Assembly (NCBI RefSeq): GCF_001194135.2
Contig: NC_068983.1
Span: forward strand, 4,593,502-4,631,212
DNA length: 37,711 bases
Source of the DNA: Octopus bimaculoides
Taxonomy: Eukaryota
Direction of reading: 5' to 3'
This document shows, one piece after another, positions 1-10,313 of the stretch (its first letter is position 1; every line of letters starts with the position of its first letter). Made by a program: the position numbers and the translations under genes. The notes under the pieces are model-generated. The model searched no databases and was not told where the DNA came from. It saw nothing but the letters and a program-made list of their open reading frames with translations.

Positions 1-9
1 ATATATATA

Positions 10-148
10 ATGTGACAATTAGTTGGTTGTCATAATAAAACTCAGTGTCGGATGCCGGGGCTGAAGTCTGCTCCGGCATCTCATCCCAGACTTTAGCCCC
101 GCATCCGAAACTCTGAGTTTTATTGTGACAACCAACTAATTGTCACAT
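10..148. repeat. Long imperfect palindrome; probably two inverted fragments of a Penelope-like pLTR repeat
   Basis: atgtgacaattagttggttgtcataataaaactcag...gaagtctg (10-70) is the reverse complement of cagactttagcccc...ctgagttttattgtgacaaccaactaattgtcacat (87-148). Internal 8-bp stem gatgccgg (51-58)/ccggcatc (73-80); CCGAAAC at 105-111. The palindrome is seen directly; the pLTR identity is inference. Confidence 0.6.
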
Positions 149-185
149 ATTATATTAATAGATAAATTCGTCTGATTACACAATA

Positions 186-248
186 TCGAGGTCTCATTCA
201 TTCTTTTGTTGACATATTATTATTAATGCCTCTCCCAAGGTTTAATAG

Positions 249-281
<33 letters not shown>

Positions 282-345
282 ATGTGTATGCATGTATGTG
301 TATACACATCGAGGTCTCATTCATTCTTTTGTTGTCATATTATTA
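186..345 (+). repeat. Direct repeat of a ~38-bp segment separated by (TA)n(TG)n
   Basis: tcgaggtctcattcattcttttgttg(a/t)catattattat at ~186-223 and ~309-346. Confidence 0.8.
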
Positions 346-373
346 TAATTATTTATATATATATGTATATATG

Positions 374-374
374 T

Positions 375-401
<27 letters not shown>
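374..401. repeat. (GA)n microsatellite
   Basis: Perfect AG dinucleotide run. Confidence 0.95.
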
Positions 402-405
<4 letters not shown>

Positions 406-867
406 GTTAATCGAGAAAGGGGCCTACTATATTAGACTAGTTATAGTAATAATGCACTATAGAACAATATATGATAGATTTAGATTTCAGGCTGACCCTG
501 TATACTTGGTCGAAGGTTTTAATACATTGTAGCGAAACACCAATTTAAGATAAGCTATACAACCTTCAATTGTTATGAACGGCCAAATCTAAAATTTATT
601 TGAGAAATGTTTTGGAGTTATCTCCCTTGGTCGTCGATTTTGGTTTCAAGTACTTTTGAGAGATTTTGTATACTAGTTGCCTGGATTTCGCTTTTATTTC
701 TCCTTACAGGACGAAGAAAATTATTTAAAGATTTTTATTACATATATAACACACATGTAAATGATATATGAATAGTACAAGACCAAAATCCTAAACAATA
801 GTCTTGATTCTTCCATAATACAAGTTTTTACAAAAGAAAAAGATAAGAAAAAAAAAGAAAAACTTGA

Positions 868-1400
868 TTCTCTCAACTGCCCTGGTGGCTCATTAGAGGT
901 AGCAGATAATTTCTGCTATCCAAATTAGTAGTGGGGGAGGATGCACGGAGAGTGTGATAGCTAGAATATAAGAATAGGATGGAAGAAATTCAGAGACCTG
1001 TTACTTCTGTTGGCTACAAAAGGTTTCTCTGTCCAAGTGAAAGGAAGATTGTATGATGCATGTATACAGATAACAATTCTACATGGTAGTGAGACATGGG
1101 CCCTGAATGCAGAAGACATGCAAAGGTTGGAAAGGAATGAGGCTAGTATGCTCTGCTGGATGTGTAATGTAAGTGTACATGTTCGACAGAGGGCTGGCAT
1201 ATTGAGAGAGAAGTTAGGTATAAGAGGAATTTGTTGCTGTGTGCAAGAGAGGAGACTGCACTGGTTTGGTCATGTGATGCAGATGGATGCTGACAGCTCC
1301 ATAAAGAAGTCTGATCTCTTGAAGTGGATGGACCCAGGAAGACATGGGACAAAGTACTGAAGGATGACCTCAGAAAGCTGAACCTTTCAATGAGTCTAAG
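868..1400 (+). mobile_element. RTE-clade LINE fragment (C-terminal ORF region), 5'- and 3'-truncated, degenerate
   Basis: Translation ...LEVADNFCY...ATKGFSVQVKGRLYDACIQITILHGSETWALNAEDMQRLERNEASMLCWMCNV...QERRLHWFGHVMQM matches the typical RTE post-RT region (YGSETW, RLxWFGHV motifs). Frameshifts present. Confidence 0.9.
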
Positions 1401-1494
1401 GACAAACAGCAAAAACAATCCCATATAACCACTTTACTTCAGAGATTTGACACAGAATCATTGAATACAGGACTAAAATGAAGTCTACATTGTT

Positions 1495-1557
1495 ACAGGT
1501 GCGGCTGTGTGGTAAGAAGTTTGTTTCCCAGCTACATAGTTCTGGGTTCAGTTTCAT
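1495..1557 (+). mobile_element. tRNA-derived SINE head fragment (family A)
   Basis: ggctgtgtggtaagaagttt...gggttcagt, same head as the full copy at 5929. Confidence 0.7.
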
Positions 1558-1564
1558 CATGTAT

Positions 1565-3820
1565 ATATCATCGTCATCATTTGATGTTCATTGTCCATGG
1601 ATTGGATGGTGTGACCAGACCTGGCAAGCTCCAGTCTGATTTGGCATGGGTTCTATGGCTGGATGCCCTTCCTAACACCAACCACTTTATAGAGTGTGTT
1701 GGGTGCTCTTACATGATGTTGTACAGGCCCTTTTATGTGATGCCACACAGGTCCTTTTACGTGATGTTATACAGGCTCTTTTATATGGTACTGCATGGGC
1801 ACTTTCATGTGGCACCACCATGAGAGCATTACACCACCCTGCTGCAGAGTATAAGTCTTCTTGAGTACAGCCAGGTGTCAGGTATCTCAGTCCTGTCATC
1901 TCACCTGAAAGGTTCAGCATCCTGAGTTCATTCTTCAGTACTTCATCACATCTTCCTAGGTCTCCCACTTCCACGTGTTTCATCCACTTTGAGAGATCGG
2001 CACTTCTTTATGGAGCTGTCAGCATCCATCCACATCACATGACCAAACCAGCACAGTCTCCTCTCTTGCACACAGCAACCAATTCCTTTTATGTTTTACT
2101 TCTCTCTCAGAATATTAGCATACTAGCCTCATTCCTTTCCAACCTTTGCATGTCTTCTGCATTCAGGGCCCATGTCTCACTACCATGTAGAATTGTTATC
2201 TGTATACATGCATAATACAATCTTCCTATCATTCAGAGAGAGAAACCTTTAGCTCTCTGAACTTCCTCCATCCTCTTCTTATTCTAGTTATCACACTCTC
2301 TGTGCATCCTCACCCACAACTAATTTGGTCCCCTAGGCAGCAGAAATTATCTGCTACGCTACCAGGGCATTTGATGGAATCAATTTCCTGAGTCTCTCTA
2401 GTTTAAATGGATCCTGTCCTGTGCATCTTCCACAACGTTCTCTGATAACCTTCCTATTATTCCATTGCACCTTTTGTGTGTCCATAGTTTACACTAGGTA
2501 CACCATATGAAGTTCCTGCCTACATCTTCCCAACAAATCAAACAGGGCCACCTACCTGAGGTGGGTACAGTCCTGTCAGTTTCCTTGCTTACTAAAACCT
2601 TAGTTTTTGCTAAGTTAACCTTAAGGGCCTTAGATTCCAGGTTTTGCTTCCACACCTGGAATTTTGTATCTAGCTCTGATATGGAATCCGCTATGAGAGC
2701 AATATCATCAGCATATAGAGGTTCCCAGGGTATGCTGGTCTTGAATTCCTCTGTTATGGCCTGGAGGACAGTGATGAAAAGGGGGGACTGAGGACTGAGC
2801 TTGATGAACCCCTACCTGTATACCAAATTTCCTCGCTGTACTCGTGGTTAACTGTTAACTCTCACCTGACTGACTGCGTCTTTGTACATAGCCTGTACAT
2901 CATCCACCAGCCACTCATCTATCCCTAGCCTCCTCAGAGCCCATCATATCACACAGTAGGGCACTCTATCGAAGGCTTTCTCTAGACCAACAAATGCCAT
3001 ATATAATGGTTTATTCTTAGCTAAGTATTTCTCTTGCAGTTGCCTGACTATGAAAATAGCATCAGTAGTGCTTCTTGTCCAGACAAAGCCAAACTGCATT
3101 TCATCCAGTCTAATTCTGCTCCTAATTCATTGGCCAGTAACTCTCTCCCAAATTTTCATCACCTGCTCCAGGAGTTTGAAGCCTCTATAATTGCTTCTAT
3201 CTATTGTATCACCTTTACCCTTGTAATACATAAGAATTATGCCTCTACACCAGTCACTGGGTATTATACCTTCCTGAATGACCTGATTAAATATGCAGGT
3301 GACCAGCCCATATCCTCCCTTACTGGATATTTTGAGCATCCCAGCTGTGTTTCTGGACGGACCACCCATTTCTCTGCTAGTAGAATGCCTATGCCACCTA
3401 GGTTTTCATTGTTGTCTTCCCAGAAAAATTTGTACCTATGCACTTTCCCCTATAAGCAGTCAAGCTGAGGATCCCCTCCATTGTATCTCTTGAACACAGC
3501 ACACATCTACATGTCTCTGCTCAAGCACCTCAACTATCTCTCTAGACCTACCTTCCATAGTGTCACCATTGACTGTGCCAGCTCTGAACTTGTAGAACTG
3601 GGAGGAAGGTTGGAGGAATGTTTTTAGCTCCTGGAAAGAAAAAGATTTTGGGGGCCTCAAGTCCCTGTGCTTAGATAGAAAAAAATGTTACAATTGCAGT
3701 TTCAATTTCCTTCAGTTCCATGCCTAGAGGTCACAGGTCCCTCCCTGTGCTTAGTTAGGGAAATAATGTTACCATTGCAATAACTAATTTCTTCAGTCCT
3801 AAAGCCTTAATAGGTAGGCG
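1565..3820 (-). mobile_element. RTE-clade LINE, internally deleted and pseudogenised, with 5' region, endonuclease N-terminus, RT and 3' tail ending in (GAT)n
   Basis: Minus strand: EN start GTVNGDTMEGRSREIVEVLEQRHVDVCCVQEIQWRG (~3460-3600); KGKGDTIDRSNYRGFKLL (~3150-3240); LEKAFDRVP (~2960-2985); LYADD (YADD 2704-2715); post-RT region 1900-2380; 3' UTR with ggaagggcatccagc and (GAT)n at ~1565-1580. Multiple stops and frameshifts. Confidence 0.92.
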
Positions 3821-3849
3821 CATACATTACATGTATGTATGTATGTGTT

Positions 3850-4211
3850 CGTTTGTTAACCACCACCACCACCACCAGCCATGCTGGAGCACCGCTTTTA
3901 GTCGAACAAATCGACCCCAGGACTTATTCTTTGTAAGCCTATTACTTATTCCATCGGTCTCTTTTGCAGGGACACAAACACACCAGCATCGATTGTCAAG
4001 CGATGGTGGCGGGGGGGGGGGACAAACACAGACACACACATATATATATATACGACAGGCTTCTTTCAATTTCCGTCTACCAGATCCACTCATAAGGCTT
4101 TGGTCGGTCCAAGGCTATAGTAGAAGACACTAGCCCAAGGTGCCACGCAGTGGGACTGAACCCGGAACCATGTGGTTGGTAAGCAAGCTACTTACCACAC
4201 AGCCACTCCTG
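3850..4211 (-). mobile_element. tRNA-derived SINE, family A, near full length
   Basis: Reverse complement of the 5929-6330 copy; CpGs largely retained. Confidence 0.9.
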
Positions 4212-4224
4212 CTTTAAAAAAAAT

Positions 4225-4315
4225 AAGTACTAGGATCGATTTGATAGACGAAAATTCTTTAAGGTGGTGCCCCAGCATGGCCACAGTCGAATGACTGAAA
4301 CAAGTAAAAGATAAG
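4225..4315 (+). mobile_element. SINE family A 3' tail fragment
   Basis: ggtgccccagcatggccacagtcgaatgactgaaacaagtaaaaga. Confidence 0.8.
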
Positions 4316-5000
4316 ATTTAATCACAAACTAAAATATCCACCCTTTAGCAAAGATTATATTATATTATATTATATATATGTATATATATATATCTCCTTA
4401 TTCTAGGCTGAGATACCGTAAGAATCTTCATCAACCGCACAAACATAATTATAAGTTGGTTGACAAAGTAGAGACAAACTCGAAGAACGTTAATTTGGTT
4501 GCTATTTCTTGCAGGTCGAGCGACTATGTGGAGGAAGTCGAAACTTCGTCGCAGATAAAATTGCGATGTTAAAAACAAGAAAAAAGTCACAAAAATTCAG
4601 CTATGGACTGTTTTTTTCTTTTTTTCAGTCACTTATAAAATATTAAAATTAAAATATTGGTATTTCTGAAGAATAGCGTCGGGAATTATCTCGTGCACCA
4701 AAAACTGTAATTTATTTGGTTGCTTTAAGCATCGTAGAGTATGATTCTGGGGGGGGGGAAAGAATGAGGGGAATGGGGGAGATTTGTTGCCCTATCTTTC
4801 ATGTAATTCTTCAGTTATGCGAAAACTTTTTTTTGATTCATGTTTTTAGACACAATCTGAGGAATCATATTCTCAGATGTTTAAAGCATAAATTTGGAAA
4901 CATTTTTTCAAAAGAAAGTCAAAACTGAAAAATTACAGAAAGAGGGAGAGGAGGAAGTTTCCATTGCCCCTCCCTGCTATTTTTGCAGAATCTTTATTTA

Positions 5001-5928
5001 NNNNNNNNNNNNNNNNNNNNNNNNNNNNNNNNNNNNNNNNNNNNNNNNNNNNNNNNNNNNNNNNNNNNNNNNNNNNNNNNNNNNNNNNNNNNNNNNNNNN
5101 NNNNNNNNNNNNNNNNNNNNNNNNNNNNNNNNNNNNNNNNNNNNNNNNNNNNNNNNNNNNNNNNNNNNNNNNNNNNNNNNNNNNNNNNNNNNNNNNNNNN
5201 NNNNNNNNNNNNNNNNNNNNNNNNNNNNNNNNNNNNNNNNNNNNNNNNNNNNNNNNNNNNNNNNNNNNNNNNNNNNNNNNNNNNNNNNNNNNNNNNNNNN
5301 NNNNNNNNNNNNNNNNNNNNNNNNNNNNNNNNNNNNNNNNNNNNNNNNNNNNNNNNNNNNNNNNNNNNNNNNNNNNNNNNNNNNNNNNNNNNNNNNNNNN
5401 NNNNNNNNNNNNNNNNNNNNNNNNNNNNNNNNNNNNNNNNNNNNNNNNNNNNNNNNNNNNNNNNNNNNNNNNNNNNNNNNNNNNNNNNNNNNNNNNNNNN
5501 NNNNNNNNNNNNNNNNNNNNNNNNNNNNNNNNNNNNNNNNNNNNNNNNNNNNNNNNNNNNNNNNNNNNNNNNNNNNNNNNNNNNNNNNNNNNNNNNNNNN
5601 NNNNNNNNNNNNNNNNNNNNNNNNNNNNNNNNNNNNNNNNNNNNNNNNNNNNNNNNNNNNNNNNNNNNNNNNNNNNNNNNNNNNNNNNNNNNNNNNNNNN
5701 NNNNNNNNNNNNNNNNNNNNNNNNNNNNNNNNNNNNNNNNNNNNNNNNNNNNNNNNNNNNNNNNNNNNNNNNNNNNNNNNNNNNNNNNNNNNNNNNNNNN
5801 NNNNNNNNNNNNNNNNNNNNNNNNNNNNNNNNNNNNNNNNNNNNNNNNNNNNNNNNNNNNNNNNNNNNNNNNNNNNNNNNNNNNNNNNNNNNNNNNNNNN
5901 NNNNNNNNNNNNNNNNNNNNNNNNNNNN
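5001..5928. other. Assembly gap (N run)
   Basis: Run of N. Confidence 0.99.
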
Positions 5929-6330
5929 CAGGCGCAGGAGTGGCTGTGTGGTAAGTAGCTTGCTTATCAACCACATGGTTCCGGGTTCAGTCGCACTGCG
6001 TGGCACCTTGGGCAAGTGTCTTCTACTATAGCCTCGGGCCAACCAAAGCCTTATGAGTGAATTTGGTAGACGGAAACTGAAAAAAGCCCATCGTATATAT
6101 ATGTGTGTGTGTGTGTGTATATATTTGTGTTTGTCCCCCCCAACATCGCTTGACAATCGATGCTGGTGTGTTTACGTCCCCCGTAACATTAGCGGTTCGG
6201 CAAAAGTAACCGATAGAATAATTACTAGGCTTCCAATGAATAAGTCCTGGGGTCGATTTGCTCGACTAAAAGGCGGTGCTCCAGCATGGCCGCAGTCAAA
6301 TGACTGAAACAGGTAAAAGAGTAAAGAGAG
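5929..6330 (+). mobile_element. tRNA-derived SINE, family A, full length, young
   Basis: Box A-like tggctgtgtggt, box B-like ggttcagtc, central ccttgggcaagtgtcttc, internal (TA)(TG) microsatellite, 3' ctgaaacaggtaaaagagtaaagag tail; CpGs intact. Confidence 0.92.
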
Positions 6331-6671
6331 TATAGGCACAAGCCTATAGTAGAAAGGATTATCAACTGTCACAGCGATCTTTCGGAAAAAGTCAATTAAA
6401 ACTGAGAGTATTTGTTCGTCAATTTCCGTAAAAATTATTTATTTAATTTTTTTTTTCAGTTTAATCGCTTGTGTTTATGTATTTTTGATTGTGTATGTGT
6501 TTATGTCTGTGTACGCATGTATATTTATGTAAGTATATGTATGTGTTTACGTGCATGTTTTGGTATTTAGCATTTATTTCTATCTATTCCCCGAAATGGC
6601 CTGGAGCGGTCCTCGACGTTAAATTTCACCTACGGTCCATAGGGCAATAAATTTATTTACTTTTAATTAAC

Positions 6672-6860
6672 CAGAGTCTCTACATGGTCGCTCGAGCGAC
6701 TAGAAATAGCAACCAAATATATCTTAAACCGTACCCTATTACCCTAAATAACAAAAGGACATATTACATGCTGCAAGTCTAAGAGGGTCACTCATGACTG
6801 GAACGCCCTTGATTATAGGTGTGTTCGACTAGAGTTGACCTAGAGCTGAACAATAACAAT
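6672..6860 (+). mobile_element. SINE-like repeat family D
   Basis: ctctacatggtcgctcg...tagaaatagcaaccaaa...gagttgacctagagctgaacaataacaat. Related pieces at ~4500-4535(-), 7070-7250(-), 8885-9075(-), 14790-14965(-), 15150-15350(+), 17620-17700(-). Confidence 0.65.
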
Positions 6861-7069
6861 CTCAGTAATCGGTCCCAATGTCACTGAGGGGTAAAATGAT
6901 ATTTTAAATATTTGCAGAGAGAGAGGGAGAGAGTGGGGAGGAGTGTGAGAGGGATGGAGAGAGGAGGGAAGAGAGGGAGGGAGAGAAAGAGAGAATAGAA
7001 ACAGATTTGAAGGACTTTAACGTTCCACCTCTCTTTGTTTCCTTATTTCATTTTGTCGTTTATCCTATG

Positions 7070-7250
7070 TGGTTATTTTTTACACCCAGGTCAGCTCTAA
7101 TTCACCAAATAATGACTAAAGGCATTCAAACCAAAATCATACAGATTTTTTCCAGTATGTCCCTGGGACAGAATTACCTAATGTATCATATGACAGTAGA
7201 GCGTAGTTTGAAGGACATTTAGCCTCTAGTTTTAGCAGGTGGAGCACCTA
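7070..7250 (-). mobile_element. SINE-like repeat family D, diverged; inverted relative to the 6672 copy
   Basis: cccaggtcagctcta...aaaggcattc...tagttttagcaggtggagcacc resembles the reverse complement of family D. Confidence 0.5.
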
Positions 7251-7256
7251 CGCAGG

Positions 7257-7335
7257 CAGATAGATAGATACACACAGACAAATAGATAGATAGATAAACA
7301 AATAGATAGATAGATAGATAGATAGATAGATGGAT
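7257..7335. repeat. (GATA)n microsatellite, imperfect
   Basis: agatagatagata tracts. Confidence 0.9.
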
Positions 7336-8174
7336 GAAGAGAGAGAGCGTCACCTAGGCAAACATGTTAAGTAAAACAAAAATTATTTGATTAACTGAAT
7401 TGACAAATTTTGTTGAATCTTGGGAGGGTCATTATGCCAATAATAAACGTGCTGGTTCTATTTCACTTCTTTATTAGTCAATTCGTTAACATCTAACGAA
7501 TTAACTAATCGATTTTTTTTTATTAATCGTTCGGTCAATTAATCAATCAGTTAAGCTTCATGACCATCCCAAGGTACAACAAAATATGTTTCAACACAAG
7601 TTCACCTCAAGAACCTTGCAAGCCAAATAAACTGAAAAACTGAAGGGCATGGTAGTTGGATGGGAGAAAATATCAAAAATATATTCTGAAGGCAAAAAAT
7701 TCTTTCGCGAAAGGAAACAACAACCTAATTCCTTGACTTTTTCCTTCTCCCCGAGGCAGTGATACCATTCCAAAAGTTCGTCCCGAGTGTGATATTAAAT
7801 TTTATGAAATATGTCAAGATAATGTAGTTTACGCCCTAAATATTCTTACCGACACTCCACCGTTTATACAGTTGTAATTTCTATCAGCGCTACTCAATGA
7901 TCAACGTCGTTTTTGTGGGTACATAGAACCGCCCGATGTCTCCTTTCATTAAAATGCTTTAATTAAAACGCAAAGCTGATTAGTTCGTCGACATTTTCCG
8001 AGCGAAATAATGGTTACTAATTTAGGCACCTGACAGGTACTTTGCACTATATAGCCCGGGAATGGGAAAAGGAAAGGCAGAGTTGACCTCAGCAGGATTT
8101 GAACTTAGGACGGAAAGTGCTGGAACTAATACTGCAGCACATCCTGCTAATCAACTAGCATTACTGTTGAGCTT

Positions 8175-8775
8175 TCATTTTCATTCAATAACTTCTTTTA
8201 CTTGTTTCAGTAATTTGACTTTGGCCATGCTGGAGCACCACCTTTCGTCGAACAAATCGACCTCCATGACTTATTCTTTGTAAGCCTAGTACTTATTCTA
8301 GGTACTACTAAAGCAGCGCGGACCCGAACGCGCAGTCGCGCTAGCTAGTCTTGAGTGGTCGATCCTAACCCTAACCCTAACCCTGTCCCTAACCCTAACC
8401 CGCGTGTGCAAATGAATACGTGTTTAGGGTTAGGGTTAGGATCGACCACTCACGACTAGCTAGCGCGGACGAGCGACTGCGCGCTACTTTAGTAGTACCC
8501 TTATTCTATTGGTCATTTTTGCCGAACCACGAAGTTAAGGGGACGCAAACACACTAGCATCGGTTGTCAAGCGATGGTGGGGGGAACAACGACAGACACA
8601 CAAATACATACATATATACACGAGGGGCTTCTTTCAGTTTCCGTCTACCAAATCTACTCACAAGGCTTTTGTCGGCCCGAGGCTATAGTGGAAGGCACGT
8701 ACTCAAGATGCCATGTAGTGGGACTGAACTCGGAACCACGTAGTTGGGAAGCAAGCTTCTTACCACACAGTCACT
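8175..8775 (-). mobile_element. SINE family A, full length, interrupted by a MITE at 8301-8499
   Basis: Tail cttttacttgtttcag at ~8195, head ttaccacacagtcac at ~8761-8775; SINE sequence resumes after the duplicated cttattcta. Confidence 0.9.
8301..8499. mobile_element. Fold-back MITE with telomeric repeats, 9-bp TSD (Merlin- or Mutator-like)
   Basis: Termini GGTACTACTAAAG / CTTTAGTAGTACC; TSD CTTATTCTA at 8292-8300 and 8500-8508; ~85-bp imperfect TIRs ending in (CCTAAC)n at 8364-8401 and (TTAGGG)n at 8424-8440. Confidence 0.88.
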
Positions 8776-9305
8776 CGTTAATTTTTTTTGTAAACTTTTG
8801 AGGGTGTATAGTCCTGTTTAATAATTTTAAATATGCAGGTTGGGGTTTCGTCCCACACCAGTATCAGCATAAAATTAAAGTGTTTGTTGATGTAGACGTC
8901 TAACCCTCGGTCAGACCTGATTCAACAAGTATTAATCAAAGACGTTCAAAACATAACAATCTCAACTTACTTTGAGATAGTGAATTTATGTTCTAATGAT
9001 GTATCCACATGGCATTCTTTTTCTCATGATTTGAAAGCGATTTAGCTGCTATTTCTAACAAGACACCTACGAGGCCCTTCATCTGTTATAGTGGTGCATG
9101 TTGATAAGTACAGATTGACATTTCACACACACAGAGTTGTTTTGTTACTTTTTTTTTTTATGAAGTATAACACAAGACGATTAATCGAGTGTTATTTATC
9201 AATTCCGTTTAGAGAAAAGAATATTCCAAGCTTCCCTTGGAAACTATCGAACTTCTTCCACAACACAACTACGAAGTAATAAAGTAGTATATAATACACA
9301 CATGC

Positions 9306-9308
<3 letters not shown>

Positions 9309-9350
<42 letters not shown>

Positions 9351-9640
9351 CATATATGGGCGAAGGTAAAGAATACGTACACGGGGTGGTTAGGGTTAGA
9401 GTTAATTTTAGGGTTTTTGTTACGGCGAAAACCGGTGGTGTACCTATTTTTTACTTTTTCCATATATATATATATATATGTGGGTATATAAACATGCATA
9501 CATATGTATATATTGACATGTATATATAAACACATGCACACACCCACATGTACATATATAAATACACAGATATACGTACATACACACATATATAAGCACA
9601 CATGCATACACATATATATTTAAGCACATACACATATGTG
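9309..9640. repeat. Long compound (TA)n/(CA/TA) degenerate microsatellite
   Basis: TA run 9309-9345, then mixed tacaca/tatata units to ~9640. Confidence 0.9.
9358..9461. mobile_element. Small MITE-like insert with telomere-like core inside a (TA)n tract
   Basis: Left gcgaaggtaaagaatacgtacac vs reverse complement of right end ggaaaaagtaaaaaataggtacac; core ggttagggttagagttaattttaggg; TA on both flanks. Confidence 0.5.
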
Positions 9641-10134
9641 AGACATGAAGTAAAGGCCTTCAGAGAGGGCGGTGATGAGGATGACAGGTGATAAAGCTCC
9701 AGCTACTCTGACAGTAAGCTGCACAATATATATATATATGTATATAGATACGTTCAGTTGAGAGGTGTTCAATGAATGGACATTACCTCAGTTACGAAAC
9801 ACCAGCAGCCGCACAGCTATATCAGATTGTGACAACATTTAGCAAGTCTCTGTAATAAATATTGATGCTAATTGACATGTTGGCAAGAGAAGGAAGTGGG
9901 AGTTCGGTGTGTTGTCGCACTGGATGCTGGGTAACTGGCCACGACATTGAAAAAAAAAAAGTTACTTAGTTACCGATAAATAGTTCTTCCAAACGAATAT
10001 CTGCCGTCTCGTATCGAAACGAAACTAATTGTTATCGTTAGAAGTTTTTTTTTTAATGGTTGGTTATCGAAAACATGGTGTTTTATAAAGGAAAGAGAAG
10101 CAAACTGGCTGCTTTGACAGTGTCAGTCAAAGTT

Positions 10135-10245
10135 ACCTCTCATGACGTCAGCTATGAGTCATAAATAAATTAATTGCCATTATTTGTTAGGACGCATGCG
10201 CAACTCTTTCGTAATCCGGGCACTATGCAGGTCAATATGGCGCCG
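10135..10245 (+). promoter_or_regulatory. CpG-rich housekeeping-type promoter motif cluster
   Basis: CRE TGACGTCA 10143-10150, AP-1 TGAGTCA 10155-10161, NRF1-like ACGCATGCGCA 10192-10202, YY1-like AATATGGCG 10234-10242, in locally GC/CpG-rich non-repeat DNA. Confidence 0.6.
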
Positions 10246-10313
10246 ATCGGTGATCGAAGAGGAGAGACCGACCCTTTAGCCGGTCTGGAGGCTGGAGAAG
10301 CCCAAAATTTATG
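10237..10313 (+). CDS. Candidate first coding exon, product unidentified (MAPIGDRRGETDPLAGLEAGEAQNL...)
   Basis: ATG in good context (aatATGG) just after the promoter motifs; possible donor TG|GTCAGT at 10314; composition turns T-rich and intron-like afterwards. No homology recognised. Confidence 0.4.

Noticed and set aside
5929-6010. tRNA gene
   Set aside because: Only box A/B-like SINE head; no cloverleaf, and it continues into the SINE body.
4894-6156. 323-407 aa ORFs
   Set aside because: They are translations through the N gap.
8364-8440. Interstitial telomere from a chromosome fusion
   Set aside because: Tracts are short, in CCCTAA...TTAGGG order rather than fusion order, and lie inside TSD-flanked TIRs.
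9302-9635. YIYIYI/CVCV-rich ORFs (also 11693-11932, 3827-4133, 29398-29667)
   Set aside because: Microsatellite and SINE translations.
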